From assembly GCF_026571515.1 (NCBI RefSeq), contig NW_026854510.1:62001-126000 (forward strand): DNA of 64,000 nucleotides. Reading direction: 5' to 3'. The DNA comes from Ruditapes philippinarum. Taxonomy: Eukaryota. A program made the position numbers and the translations under genes. Position 1 is the first letter of the stretch. Each line of letters begins with the position of its first letter. The notes under the pieces were generated by a model. That model saw only the letters and a list, made by a program, of their open reading frames with translations. It had not been told where the DNA came from and did no database searches. This document shows positions 52,301 through 64,000 of the stretch, one piece after another.

Positions 52301-55300
52301 GCGTTTTCATTTCTGTAGTAGAAATCGAATTTCCCGATGTATCATTCTTTGTGGTTGATGTCGTAGTTCCCGATGCATCCTTTTCAGTAGTAGATACAGT
52401 ACTTATCGATGTTTCCTGTTCTGTGGTAGATAGCGTAGTGGTAGCCGATGTTTCCTTCTGTGTTGTTTGCTTTGTTGTGTTACCCGATGTTTCCTCGCGA
52501 GTTGTTGCCGTCGTGGTGCCCGATGTTACTTGTGTGGTAGAATCTTTTGGTGTTTGTGTATCGTTCTGCGTTGATGGCTGCGTTAAAGTTGTTTTACTTA
52601 CTTGTGTTGTGGTATCGGTGGATGAGTGTGTGCCTGTCTGAGTCGTGGTCTCGATCGTGGACTCAGTCGTCTTTGGGGTGCACAATGTTGTGTTAGCTGT
52701 CGCAATTTGTGTAGTAGATGTCGTATCTGTTGGTTTACTGGTAGTTTGTTGTTCAGTTGTTGTAGATTGTGAGGAAGATATGTTCTGTGTTGTTGCTTCT
52801 GTTTGTACTGGCAATGTTTGTGTAACTGTTTGTGTAGTTGACGGGCGAGTCGTTGTTTGCCCTGATGATTGAGTGGTTGATTGTGTTGTATGCTGAGTTG
52901 TTGTATTAGTTGATGGACCGGGGCTAGTGGTTTGTGTAGTTTTTATAGCTTCACACGATAACGTTACATTGTTTGAGTTACCTGTAACCATGAAACACAA
53001 AAAAGACATTACATGTACACATTCACGAGTGTTCATTAATTTTAGAAAAGTGCCATTAAAATAAATGTGATTTAAAAATTGTTTAATTGTTAAATTTGAA
53101 TCAAACTTATACGTGTAAACTAAATGTGAAGCATCAATAATAAATATCATTTTTCAAGACAGAAATTATATACAAATATTAATCATAATATACATGTACA
53201 TGTACATGTTTATTTTTTATTTTTTTGAGAAGGGAAACAGTCTGAGTTAGTTACAACTTAATCGTTACTCTATGTGCATATTTTTATTACGACTTTCAAT
53301 TAAATTAATCTGCAGAACATCTTGAAATGAGGTAGAGAAGAATTATTTATACTCATATATACCCGTAGGATAAATAACCCAACAGTAATCATATAAATAG
53401 CCGTTCTCTGGTGGCGTGAGGTCACGTGATAACGTAAAAACAGCTTGGTTTCCTTGAAACGTTGTACTGATATCGGAACAAGATATGTTGTTTTTTCTTC
53501 TGGTAGTATTAATGTTGATTTGTGTACCACAATCCGTCATATTCGAAGGTGTATATGCGCTAATTACTAAGCTAGAAAAGAAGACATAGTTTCATACAAT
53601 ATACTTTATTATATCTTAATTAACTAACTTTTAAGGTAAAGAAATACTATTCACTTCAATTTGAAAATAACTTTAGCTGAATCGACTTAAAAATATTGTC
53701 TTTAAGTTCTTGTTATATAAACAGAGAGATAAAAATGACATTAAATAAAAGCATGTACCTGGTGCTTTGAGAGTTGTCTTGCTCTTCTATGTATAAGGTA
53801 CACTTGCAGGAGGACGCGCCATCTGGCGGCATTGCAAAACGTGCAGACGACACATCGAGCAAAACGAAGCCTGAGCTGCTAGCGAAAGAGTTGTAACACA
53901 TCTGTGCAACTTAATAATAGAATAGAATAATGAAAAATGAATGTATTTATTTATTTATTTTTGTTTATGTGTTTTAATATCTTTAAGGGACTCCACTGAG
54001 GTTTAAAAGCCCAAAAACATAACATTTGAATTTCTTACATAAATGAGCTGGGGCACTTTAGACAGAAATATAATTATGCAAAGAAAGTTAAGAAATATAC
54101 TTTGAAATAATTAAAAATCGTGTTTATATGCTTTTCTTAGTCCGATTTGAGTGAAAAGCGTTTAAACGCTTTTCATTTTGGGTCATTTATTTACAATGCA
54201 ACTAGATATTCTGGTAAAACGGAGTGCGCGAATGATCTGAAATTTTGCACAAAGATTAGAGGTCTAAACCTACATCAAATGGTACATTTATATGGAAAAA
54301 AATTCAATCCCATCATATCAAAAAACCTCAGTGGAGTACCTTCAAACAAAACATTTAGAATGATGAACCTATGTAAGTTTTTACATGTACAAATATAATA
54401 GTGTTCTAGCACGTGCCAACAGTTTTGATATTGTTATGAAATAAGGTATAAATGTCCTAAAATAGCTAAACCAATGATTTAATTTTCAGGAGAAAGGATT
54501 ACCTTCACTAGGATTCGGTGCTCCTTGTTTACATGTTGTATTTGGTCCATTGTTCTGACATTTACATACCATACAAACTGTAATATACATGTATATAGAG
54601 AACCATTACATGGCCGAAACCGGAAGTAGTTTTTGCCATGAATAGAGCCAGACCAGTCAGTCTAACCAGGCGCTTTACTGTTTACTGACTAGCTGTAAAA
54701 TTTACATTGATATCCCTTAAGTTGATAAAAGGTAAAGAAATAGTTATTATGGCCTATTCGTTTATTAAACTTTCCCTATAAACATGAAAAGAACTTCGTC
54801 ATCAGTACAAATGTCCTCGTGCCTATGTTGGAAAAAGGCGTAAAATGAAACAAACAAACAAACAAATGTCCTCGCAAAATAAACCAATGCGAAAGCCCTT
54901 TAATAATAACATAACTGTACATAGTAAATGTAAATGCAAATTTCATAATAATTTATGAAATAATATTGTATATAATGTTTCAATATTTACTTAACAAGAA
55001 AAAATTAAGCAGGCCTGTTTTTTTTACACAATCTAAGCTGTAATCTGAAGAAGAACATAATGACTTTATTTTCTTTTCATACCATATTTCTGCTTACTCT
55101 TATGAAACGTCAATAATCGTATTGAAATTCGTAAATGAAAAAATAACTATAATTATTCGTTAAATGCACTGATGAACATGTGCTGGATAATGGAGTTTTA
55201 AACTTTCAATACATTCAAGTAGCCCTTGTTTTATGTACAGTTTGAAAATCCCAGTATACCCTTTCCACTGGTCACAATAAATGGAGCGTGATTGATTCCT

Positions 55301-56748
55301 GGGCAGAAATGTCGTCTGCTGACAATATTCTTCATTAAATATTCATTTCATTCATTTCATAATGGCCCACTAACAGGTAATTTTGTCACCAATAATTTAT
55401 TTATAGATCGCGGCTGTCAACATGTAAAATCGTCATAGTTTTCGTATATCATGATACAACGGGCATTTTTAATACGTATCATATCAAGTCTTTGTGCTTA
55501 ATTATGAATAAAATTATGATGTATTTTGCTCTAGAACATTTTATTATTTGTTTTATATGTAACTTGGACAATGTATATCTCACACTTGCAAACAACATCC
55601 GCATATAATTATTTCGTGCTTTTGTTCTTACTTATACTTAATACTATAAACGTAATTATTTATTGAATTGCATACATTCAACAAGAGACCAATTCACTTT
55701 AAAGTTCGTCTATACATGACAATAATAATGTCGCAAGTATATAACACACCGTTCGCAGAAAACAACTAAGATGATGACGGTTTAATTAACATACAAGATA
55801 AAACTGCACTTAAATTATTTCAATACTCAAATCTGGCAATTATATTACCTATTTACTTTTTTTACTCAATATTGATTTTTTTTTAGAATTTTCAACATTA
55901 GGGTTAGACTGTACATTGTTATACAGATCAATCCACGAGAAAGAACCTATTCAATTATTGATTGTGATTTTTACTACTATTAAATGAAGCCAGAGAAAAT
56001 AATAAATCACCGTTATGTTGGGAACTTGGGGAAACGTCTTTTAAAGTCATATTATGGCTCAGATATCCATATTTATTAAATTCTTTAGAAATGTTCAATA
56101 TACGTTTAATAATGTTTTGATAATGAATTTAGAGCATTTTAGATGTTGAACATCGGATCGTACAGTAATGTGTCAATAGTATTTTGACTTTCATACAAAA
56201 TACTCATTCACTAAAATTAAAAATAGCCAAGAAATCAAAAGGAGCAAAGATAATTCATGGTTATGGCAAATGAGTATTTCTTATGAAACTGTAACAAAAT
56301 ACCAAAAATATACAGTTTGAGAAATAAAAATAATAGCATGTCTGGGGCATAATGTGCCTTTAATATTGAAAAAAATCGTCGCAGTACTTAAACAATTAAA
56401 AACTAGACAGTACAAAATGAACTGTTCAATAAGCAATACAATATACCACATCCAGTGTAAACATCAATACAAATGTATATACCGAAGTTTTTCTCTCAAA
56501 CAAACCAAGCAGGACGGAAAAAAAGTTTTGTCAAATAAATACTATGACTTGTTAAGAATATGCTATTTCAAACAAATAATGAATACATGACTGTACCTAT
56601 AATTGAAATTCAAATCAATATTAGTTTTAGAAATTCCTTTATTAAAAAAGATGTTTAACTTTTACAATCTTACACATAGATTTAAAACAACAAAATGCAA
56701 ACCTTGAAATATAACTGCAAGTAAAAGAACTAACGCCATTTGCGCCAT
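49374..56748 (-). CDS. Type I membrane mucin-like protein M2, 7 exons (56748-56703, 54577-54503, 53909-53759, 53571-53363, 52981-51098, 50339-50270, 49758-49374), ~939 aa
   Basis: All junctions are GT-AG and phase-compatible (1,1,2,1,1,2); total 2820 nt. Signal MAQMALVLLLAVIFQVCMVCKC; 8-Cys domain; Thr-rich stalk; TM AAVIGSCVGVVLIVIVAIILSC; acidic Pro-rich cytoplasmic tail. Confidence 0.88.
50576..50875. mobile_element. 300-bp foldback (near-perfect palindrome) element with 8-bp TSD
   Basis: CACAGACACTTGGGG...CCCCAAGTGTCTGTG; arms ~150 bp with almost no loop (centre TATAATTATTATA). TSD ACAGATTG at 50568-50575 and 50876-50883. Confidence 0.92.
51170..52400 (-). repeat. Coding 39-bp (13-aa) mucin repeat TTEKETSGTTT(S/P), about 30 copies
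   Basis: Visible in the DNA (GTCGTAGTTCCCGATGTTTCCTTTTCAGT...) and in the 51087-53150 ORF. Confidence 0.95.
53986..54341. mobile_element. MITE family B in M2 intron 2
   Basis: TIRs AGGGACTCCACTGAGGTTT / AAACCTCAGTGGAGTACCT in a TTAA context; homologous to 9722-10013. Confidence 0.78.
54820..54861 (+). mobile_element. Extremely 5'-truncated S1-tail retroposition
   Basis: TGTTGGAAAAAGGCGTAAAATG(AAAC)n matches the S1 SINE tail; 13-bp TSD ACAAATGTCCTCG at 54807-54819 and 54862-54874. Confidence 0.8.
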
Positions 56749-58185
56749 TGCAATCCGTGTAAAAACTATTCCAGTGGTCTTTTATACAAAGCACATGTAG
56801 TGCAATATTGTAAATAATTTATTTTTCTCCTACACTTGACACAGTTTCGAAACAATCGGCCAAATGTCCTGCAAATGACCACACTACTTAAACTGTTAAT
56901 CCAAAGATTAAGGCGTGGTTTTCGAGGTATTCCGATCGCAAGTCGTTAATCCAGTAAATATCATATTATATCAGCGTTACACACGGTCCAATTCCACCGT
57001 TCCTTCGAGCAAATACCTTCCGATCAACAAGTATGATATGATAGACTTTAAAGACAATGACATTTAAAAGGAACGGTAGATCCTTGATAAAAATAGTCGA
57101 TGTTGGACTCGATATTCTGATATATGATATAGATCTATATGTATAATCGAGATTAAATAATTAATAGGTTTAAACAAAAACAACCGATATATACGAATGT
57201 TCAGCCTGGTCTTTGTGACATTCTTTTCATATCTATATATAGTAAGGCAGACGACTTAAACATGCACAGCGTTTCTTCCTGTTCTTCTTGTATGGATGAC
57301 GGACACAATTGGCCTTGCTTGTATTTAAGCGTGTTTTTACGTGCTTTTATTTATTGATAAATACAAGGTCGATTTAACCACTATGAATTACTTTGTAAAA
57401 AATATAATTACATAATAACACTAGGGAAAAACAGAAAATGCGGCAAATAGACACATGAAGGTTAAGTCGAATCATGGTGCATGCATTGAAAAAACATTTG
57501 ATTATTTTGTAATTCATATAAGGAATGTCTGTCTGACAAAATGAATAAAAGAATTTAACGTCATCGATTTATAAAATATTTCAATGGAATTATAAGGCTT
57601 GTTTAAGTAAAACCGCAATCAAAACTTGTTTTATTCACGGTACACGCGCGCGTTCATTGACCGATATATTCGGTGAAACATAATCTTGAAATCAGATATA
57701 CTTCAAAATCATGAATATATAATTTTGTTTTCAGCGATCATTTAAAGAACAAATATTTTGTATTGTTAGTAGTGTCAACTAGTTTGTATTGTTTACACTT
57801 CCAAAACATTTTAATTCCCGTTGTTGAAAATGACCATTCCTATGTTTATGCTAGGCCTTTTGTTTCAAAGTTGAATGTGCATGAGTAAGCAAGTTTTTAT
57901 GACATTCATATGCATGTATATATAAGTATGCAACATTTCGACAAATATGCATCTGACAAATCATTTTTACATTAAGACATTAGTCGACTTAACTTTAGTT
58001 GTGCATAATTTATATTTGCAAAATAAAGGTATCAAAATTTAAGCGTCATATAATTAAATAATTGAACTTGTACTGTCCTTTTTTTCAAAACACTAGGTCC
58101 CTTGCAACACTAAACACTTATTACATTTAGTTTGTAAATGTATGTATATGATGCCCGATCGATATAAGACAACATCTTGCCCCTG

Positions 58186-59017
58186 TCAAGCATTGGCCAT
58201 CAGTTTATCGTCATCAAACCTCTGTTCCCGATGATTGATCATGCTGGCCAATTCATTCGCCGCTCGATTCCTTGTGCATCTAGAAAGACGCATATCGTCC
58301 GTGAATTCCTGACCTACAGCACCAGCGTAAGAAACGAGTATCTCATTTCTATAACGCTGACCGAAACTTGGGAAACTAAGCCATTCATAAACACATGTAG
58401 GCCCGTGCGTCCATTGTAAGAGATTCCAGTCCAAACCATAAATTACCCGCTTCCCATTGGCCATGTACGACCATACAAGTCTCTATTTAAAACGTGCATA
58501 ATGTTACGTTGTCGCCAGACGCATTGCCGGCCATCATCGAAGTCCAAACATAATTTAGATTCATTAGTGAACAAATTGTGTCTAAATTGACAGAGCCTCT
58601 AATTCTGGTGATCCAATGCCGACACCAACCGGTTTACTCGATGTCTTGGCGTGGGTGGTACATGTACAGCTGGCCTTCGAACGAGCAAATTATCCTCGTG
58701 TACCCTGTGTTAATACGTTTAAACAGAAACATTCTTATGTGTCGCCCTTGCAAAATTCCTATTCAAAGTAACTGCAGAATCAAATCTTTTTTTTTGTTTC
58801 GCCGTTATCACCATTGCACGGTCGTTTCGGGCAGATTTAGCCCTCAACCGACCACTTCCGGGTCGTCTAGAAACAGCTGCGGTATCCAGGTACCTTGTCC
58901 GTTATTTAACCGCTGAATGACACTATGGCCTATGCAACTTGGCGCTGGCTTTGACAAGCAAACATCTAATCTGAGGGCTTGTGCAGTCCCATATCGAATC
59001 AAGTGCTTCTTCGGCAT
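58186..59017 (-). pseudogene. Fossil Tc1-type transposase with stops and frameshifts
   Basis: Manual translation across frames: RRPGSGRLRAKSARNDR (GRPR-like motif), RRPAVHVPPTPRHRVNRL, LFTNESKLCLDFDDGRQCVWR (first catalytic D mutated to N), FMVWTGISYNGRTGLHVF, QRYRNEIL...YAGAVGQEF. Confidence 0.88.
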
Positions 59018-59322
59018 ATTCAATGATAAATTCAATGAATTTGAAGCACACAAAACAAACATTTTTGTAAATGCTCCAGGAATATTAAGAAATAAAAATA
59101 CCCGATTTGGATATAATATTTTTAATTTCAATTCAATTTTAAAGGGTACTTTTTGCACGCGATTTCCGACATTTTCATGGTTATCAAGTCACAGTACTAA
59201 CAGAAAAAACGAAGAGGAAAGTGTAACATTTCAATCAAATTATAAATTAGTTATCAATATACCCTAAAATATATTACCAACTCTTACACATTAACGTATT
59301 GGTAAGATATACTTTTATTTGT

Positions 59323-59544
59323 TTGTTTGTGTGTTTGTTTGTTTCATTTTACGCCTTTTCCCAGCAGTATTTCAGTCATATAGGCGGGTAGTTTCCTGAA
59401 CATCGTTCCTGGAGAGTTACACCAGTACTATACTACCTTCCTCTGTACAAAACTACCAAAGCATTTCCCGAGGATCGAATCCACGCCAGAGAGGTAACTG
59501 AATTAGAAGTCATCGACTCTAACCCTTCGACCACGGAGGCGGTC
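59323..59544 (-). mobile_element. tRNA-derived SINE family S1, second copy
   Basis: Close to the reverse complement of 28669-28889; 12-bp TSD ACTTTTATTTGT at 59311-59322 and 59545-59556. Confidence 0.92.
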
Positions 59545-59688
59545 ACTTTTATTTGTAGTGATTTATATCGAGATATGTGAGCTGAATATGTTTCCGTTTC
59601 TTGTATGATATTCACTTATCATTTTACAAAACAAAACTGCACTATGGCTGCAACGCTCCGTGCTTGCATTTATATGTGGATTAATTTG

Positions 59689-62016
59689 AAACAAGAGCCA
59701 TGTTAACACGTCCACCCCGCCGAATGTGTTTGCTCATTGGAAGAATGTATATGTAGTAGAGCAGAATAATTCAATTTAAAGAGGTATTTTGGTAATGAAA
59801 ACTGATGGCTGAAGTGATTACAAATTTGAAACCTATGTGAATAATGATGGCTGAAAATAACGTAGGGCAATAACTGATAAATTATGCAGGGTAGGTTATC
59901 ATTCTTGTGTGCTGCACTCCTCCTCAATGATCGAGATCTATCCACCTATGAAGTTTCAAGATGATACCTCTAACACTTTTTAAGATAAGCTCCGGACAAA
60001 AAGTATGAAAAATAACAAAGGTCAATAACTCAAAAATTATAAAGGGAAAAGTTATCATTCTTGCGCATAGCATGCCTCTTCATTAAGATAAATTCACCTA
60101 TGAAGTTTCATGTTGACATCTCAAAGACTTTTTGAGTCATGCTCCACTAAGTTTGATAAATAAAGTATGAAAAATAACAAAGGGCAATTACTAAAAATTT
60201 AAGAGGGGTAGGGTTATCACTCTTGTGCACTGTACACCTCCTGAGTGAGATATATCCACCTATGAAGCTTCATGTTGATATCTCAAAGGCTTTTTGAGTT
60301 ATGCTATGGACAAAAATTTAGTTTGAAAAATAACAAAGGGTAATAACTGATGAATTATGCACGGTAGAGTTATCATTCTTAAGCACTGCACTCTTCCTCA
60401 ATATGATCTATCCACCCATGAAGTTTCAAGTTGATATCTCAAATAGTTTTTGAGATATACTCCGGACAAAATGTCTGACGGAAGGATGGACGAACCGGTG
60501 GACGGCCGGACAGACAGGCAGACGGACGGACGGAGAATAAGTTATATTTTGAGTTTCAAATGAATACATTATATAGTAAATACCTCTAACACTTTTTGAG
60601 ATAAGCTCCGGACAAAAAGTATGAAAAATAACAAAGGGCAATAACTCAAATATTAGAAAGAGAAGAGTTATCATTCTTGCGCATAACATTCCTCCTCAAT
60701 AAGATCTATCCACCTATGAAGTTTTATGTTGACATCTCAAAGATTTTTTAGTTATGCTTCACTTAGGTGAAAAATTAAGTATGAAAAATAACAAAGGGCA
60801 ATAACTCAAAAATTATGAAGGGTAGATTTATCAATCGCACATCTCCTGAGTGAGATCTATCCACCTATCAAGTTTCATGTTGATATCTCAAAGGCTTTTT
60901 GAGTTATTGTCTGGACAAAAATTAAGTTTGAAAAATAACAAAGGGAAATAACTGAAGAATTATGCAGGGTAGAGTTATCATTCTTGTGAACATTAACTGA
61001 AATTATAAAGGGAAGATTTATCATTCTTGTGCACTGCACACCTCCTGAGTGAGATCTATCCACCTATCAAGTTTCATGTTGATATCTCAAAGGCTTTTTG
61101 AGTTATGCTCTGGGTAAAAAATAAGTTTGAAAAATAACAAAGGGCAATAACTGAAGAATTATGCACGGTAGAGTTATCATTCTTGTGCACTGCACTCCTT
61201 CTCAATATGATCTATCTATGAAATTTCAAGTTAAGCTTCTTAGGTTATGCTCTGGACAAAAATTAAGCATGAAAAATTACAAAGGGTAATAACTGAAAAA
61301 TTATGCAGAGTAGAGTTATTATTCTTATGTGCTGCACTCCTCATCAATGAGATCATCCATCTATGAAGTTTCATACTGATATCTGAAAAGCTTTTCCAGT
61401 TATGCTCTGGATAAAAATTAAGCATATAAAGATATAATACATGTATAACAAAGGGCAATAAATGAAAAATTATGCAGTGTAGAGTTATCATTCTTATGTG
61501 CTGCATCTCTCCTTAATGATATCTATCCATCTATGGAGTTTCATGTTGATCTCTCAAAGGCTTTATGAGATATACTCCGGACAAAAAGTATGAAAAATAA
61601 CAAAGGACAATAACCTTAAATATTAGAAAGAGAAGAGTTATCACTCTTGCCCATAGCATTCCTCCTCAATAAGATCTATCCACCTATGAAGTTTCATAAT
61701 GACATCTCAAAGCTTTTTGATTTATGCTTCACTCAGGTGAAAAATTAAGTATGAAAAATAACGAAGGGCAATAACTAAAAAATTATGAAGGGTAGAGTTA
61801 TCAACACCTCCTGAGTGAGATTTATCCACTATCAAGTTTCATGTTATTATCCCAAAGGCTTTTTGAGTTATTCTCTGGACAAAAATTAAGTTTGAAAAAT
61901 AAAAAGGGCAATAACTGAAAAAGTTATGCAGGGTAGAGTTATCATTCTTGTACACTGACTGCAATCCTAAATATGATCTATCCACGGACGGACGAAGATA
62001 TTTCTAATCCCCCGCC
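59689..62016 (+). mobile_element. HINE-like element carrying an array of ~150-165-bp satellite monomers (BIV160-like)
   Basis: 5' AAACAAGAGCCATG; about 13 monomers AAAATAACAAAGGGCAATAACT...AGAGTTATCATTCTTGTGCACTGCAC...CCACCTATGAAGTTTCA...CCGGACAAA; (ACGG)n tracts at 60478-60533 and 61984-61993. The BIV160 similarity is from recall, not from an alignment. Confidence 0.85.
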
Positions 62017-62087
62017 CAATCATTTTAATTTAACAACTGACGTGTGCGTTTATATTTCTTTCCACAAACTTCATGTTATTACTCTCA

Positions 62088-63083
62088 GCCGGTGAAACGT
62101 TCAATTTTGACCCCGTTGAAAATTTCCCCATGGGTCAATTCTAAACGTTGAAAAATGACCTAGGGTCAATTCTTAACTTTGAGAAATGAACATTCCAACA
62201 ATTCAACATTAAATTTTCATCGAAAAGACGTTGAAATCTGCTCAGTCATTAAAGTTCAACGTTTGATGTCGTCGATTTGATAAAGAAACACTTGGCCTAA
62301 TCAGAAACTCTCACCACTTCTTAGAAATGACCACACAATGCCAATTCCAGATGCTCAAACTGACAACTCTTCCGAGATATATAATATCATTTTAACTAAA
62401 ATTCAATTATGAAAAGATCCACTCAAAGTCCTCTTTAGTTTCATTAATTAAAGTATATTCTCCATAGAAAAAAAACTATAATTCTTATTAGATAAAAAAA
62501 AGAAAAAAAAAGAAAAGAAATAAATTCAATGACATATGTTATCTTGTGGTCACAAACTATTTGATACATATTGACGATTGTATCGGGAGAATTCGGGGCG
62601 TGAAGTATATTAGGATTGCCGTTCATATATGCAATTATATTGAGGACCTGAACTGTGGGTTTTTACTATAACCTTGTTTCATCTATATTTACGATACAGT
62701 TTGAATTTTAAACAAACATGTTTATTTACATGGGCATTCCAAATGCCAAGAAGACACTCTTTAATTTCTATATACGGAGAATTTGCAAAAGTATGTTCAC
62801 ATTTATAAAGTTTATCATTTAAAATCTTTAAATTCTAAAAAAGACAACAGAAATATTTATGTTTCATCTGTTTGGCCATAGGCTTATTACGTTAAGTTTT
62901 CAATGTCAAAATATTGCTTGTAAATAGTTGATCAGTTTCCAAAGGGGTCGATTTTAAAGTGTGGATGGGTCATAATTTAACAGGTAGGGTTAAATTTTCA
63001 ATGCTGATAATTGATCAATGATTCATTGAAAATTGACTTGTGGGTCATTTTTCAACGGGATCAAAATCTAATGTTACACTGGC
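62088..63083. mobile_element. ~1-kb non-autonomous DNA transposon with imperfect TIRs
   Basis: Left GCCGGTGAAACGTTCAATTTTGACCCCGTTGAAAA matches the reverse complement of right TTTTCAACGGGATCAAAATCTAATGTTACACTGGC; subterminal GTTGAAAAATGACC / GGGTCA repeats. Confidence 0.72.
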
Positions 63084-63611
63084 ATTAGTGACGAATAGAG
63101 AATTTCATACATGTATAAAATAAACATGGAATTCCCACAATAGCTATAATCAATATCTTTAGTATGCTGAATGTCTTTTATCCCTTTTTTATGGATGGTG
63201 TTATTCAAACTCAACTTGTTTTCTCAACTCTATTTCGAATATCAGTTTTCATTACAGAATGATTCACAAAAAAAGATTGTTTTATGGAATGTATCCATAT
63301 ATTGATTGTTTATGTTATCTACATTACGCATCTATGGATCTCTTCAGCGCATATGGAGCTCGAATCGAATTTTGACTGCCAGTTCCTTCGTTCTGAGCCA
63401 AAAATCATTACATTTCATTAAGGGTTTACTGGATGTTAAGCATCGTTCGGTGGTAAGATTTCGAAAAAAACTTTGTATTTTGAGTTGTTAGTGGCATGTT
63501 TTAGAAACACAAAATCCTATGACGGAAAGAATATTTCGAGGAAAACTGCATAAAAATCCAAATTGTGGGTATATTTGGACATGTAAGGCTTATTTGTTAC
63601 TGTGATTTAAA

Positions 63612-63968
63612 AGCAGCATGCCTCCAGATTCATTCTAATTTTCATGATATTTTTGAAAATCTATTAAAGAGTAAAATACATGTATTATAAATGAACAAAG
63701 AAAATAGAGTCCACATTGCAAAAAGCACTTACAACCCATACAAATTATATGTACCAAAAGATATCGAAATATGCATAAACAGACCTTACTGTGTTAGTAA
63801 CGCAGTAGAAATATGGTAAAAAATATTGCAAAATCGGTCATAAATCGCACATGATATGGAAATTACTATACTTTTATCTTGAACCTTTTTACTTTTCTTT
63901 AATCTCAGTACTTTATTCTCAAGTTCGATTTTCTTGAAATATTTTTGTTCATCTGGAGGCATGCAGCT
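63612..63968. mobile_element. MITE family C, TTAA-flanked
   Basis: TIRs AGCAGCATGCCTCCAGAT / ATCTGGAGGCATGCAGCT followed by TTAA; homologous to 33838-34160 in opposite orientation. Confidence 0.8.
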
Positions 63969-64000
63969 TTAAATATGCTTGTTTCGGTATTGGTATTGAA

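Noticed and set aside
51070-52641. 523-aa Val-rich + strand ORF
   Set aside because: Antisense shadow of the Thr-rich 39-bp repeat. Splice sites, signal and TM exons all support the minus strand.
58070-59200. TIRs for the Tc1 fossil
   Set aside because: Only a 6-bp TACTGT/ACAGTA match was seen, too weak to define the ends.
59703-61506. Short minus-strand ORFs in the satellite array
   Set aside because: Chance frames within repeated monomers.

Overview
AT-rich eukaryotic genomic DNA with spliceosomal introns. It is most likely a bivalve mollusc (inferred from the repeat families; no taxon was confirmed). Six protein-coding genes can be assembled by hand with frame-consistent GT-AG junctions: (1) an achaete-scute bHLH factor of the ASCL3/4/5 type (+); (2) a two-exon secreted precursor (-) with a signal peptide, an RSKR convertase site, an 8-Cys domain and an acidic tail; (3-4) two tandem Tctex1-domain dynein light-chain genes (+) with the same exon layout; (5-6) two tandem 7-exon type I membrane mucin-like genes (-). 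The two mucin-like genes share an unrecognised 8-Cys N-terminal domain, an identical intron-phase series and a cytoplasmic AFDN...NDVP motif, but their stalks are unrelated. Introns and intergenic DNA hold many mobile elements: six copies of a GAG...CTC MITE, TTAA-flanked MITEs, tRNA-derived SINEs with target-site duplications (TSDs), satellite-bearing Helentron-type elements, a 300-bp foldback element and a fossil Tc1 transposase. Several minisatellites are also present. No CRISPR array, rRNA or convincing tRNA gene was found. All gene models come from manual reading and need RNA-seq confirmation.
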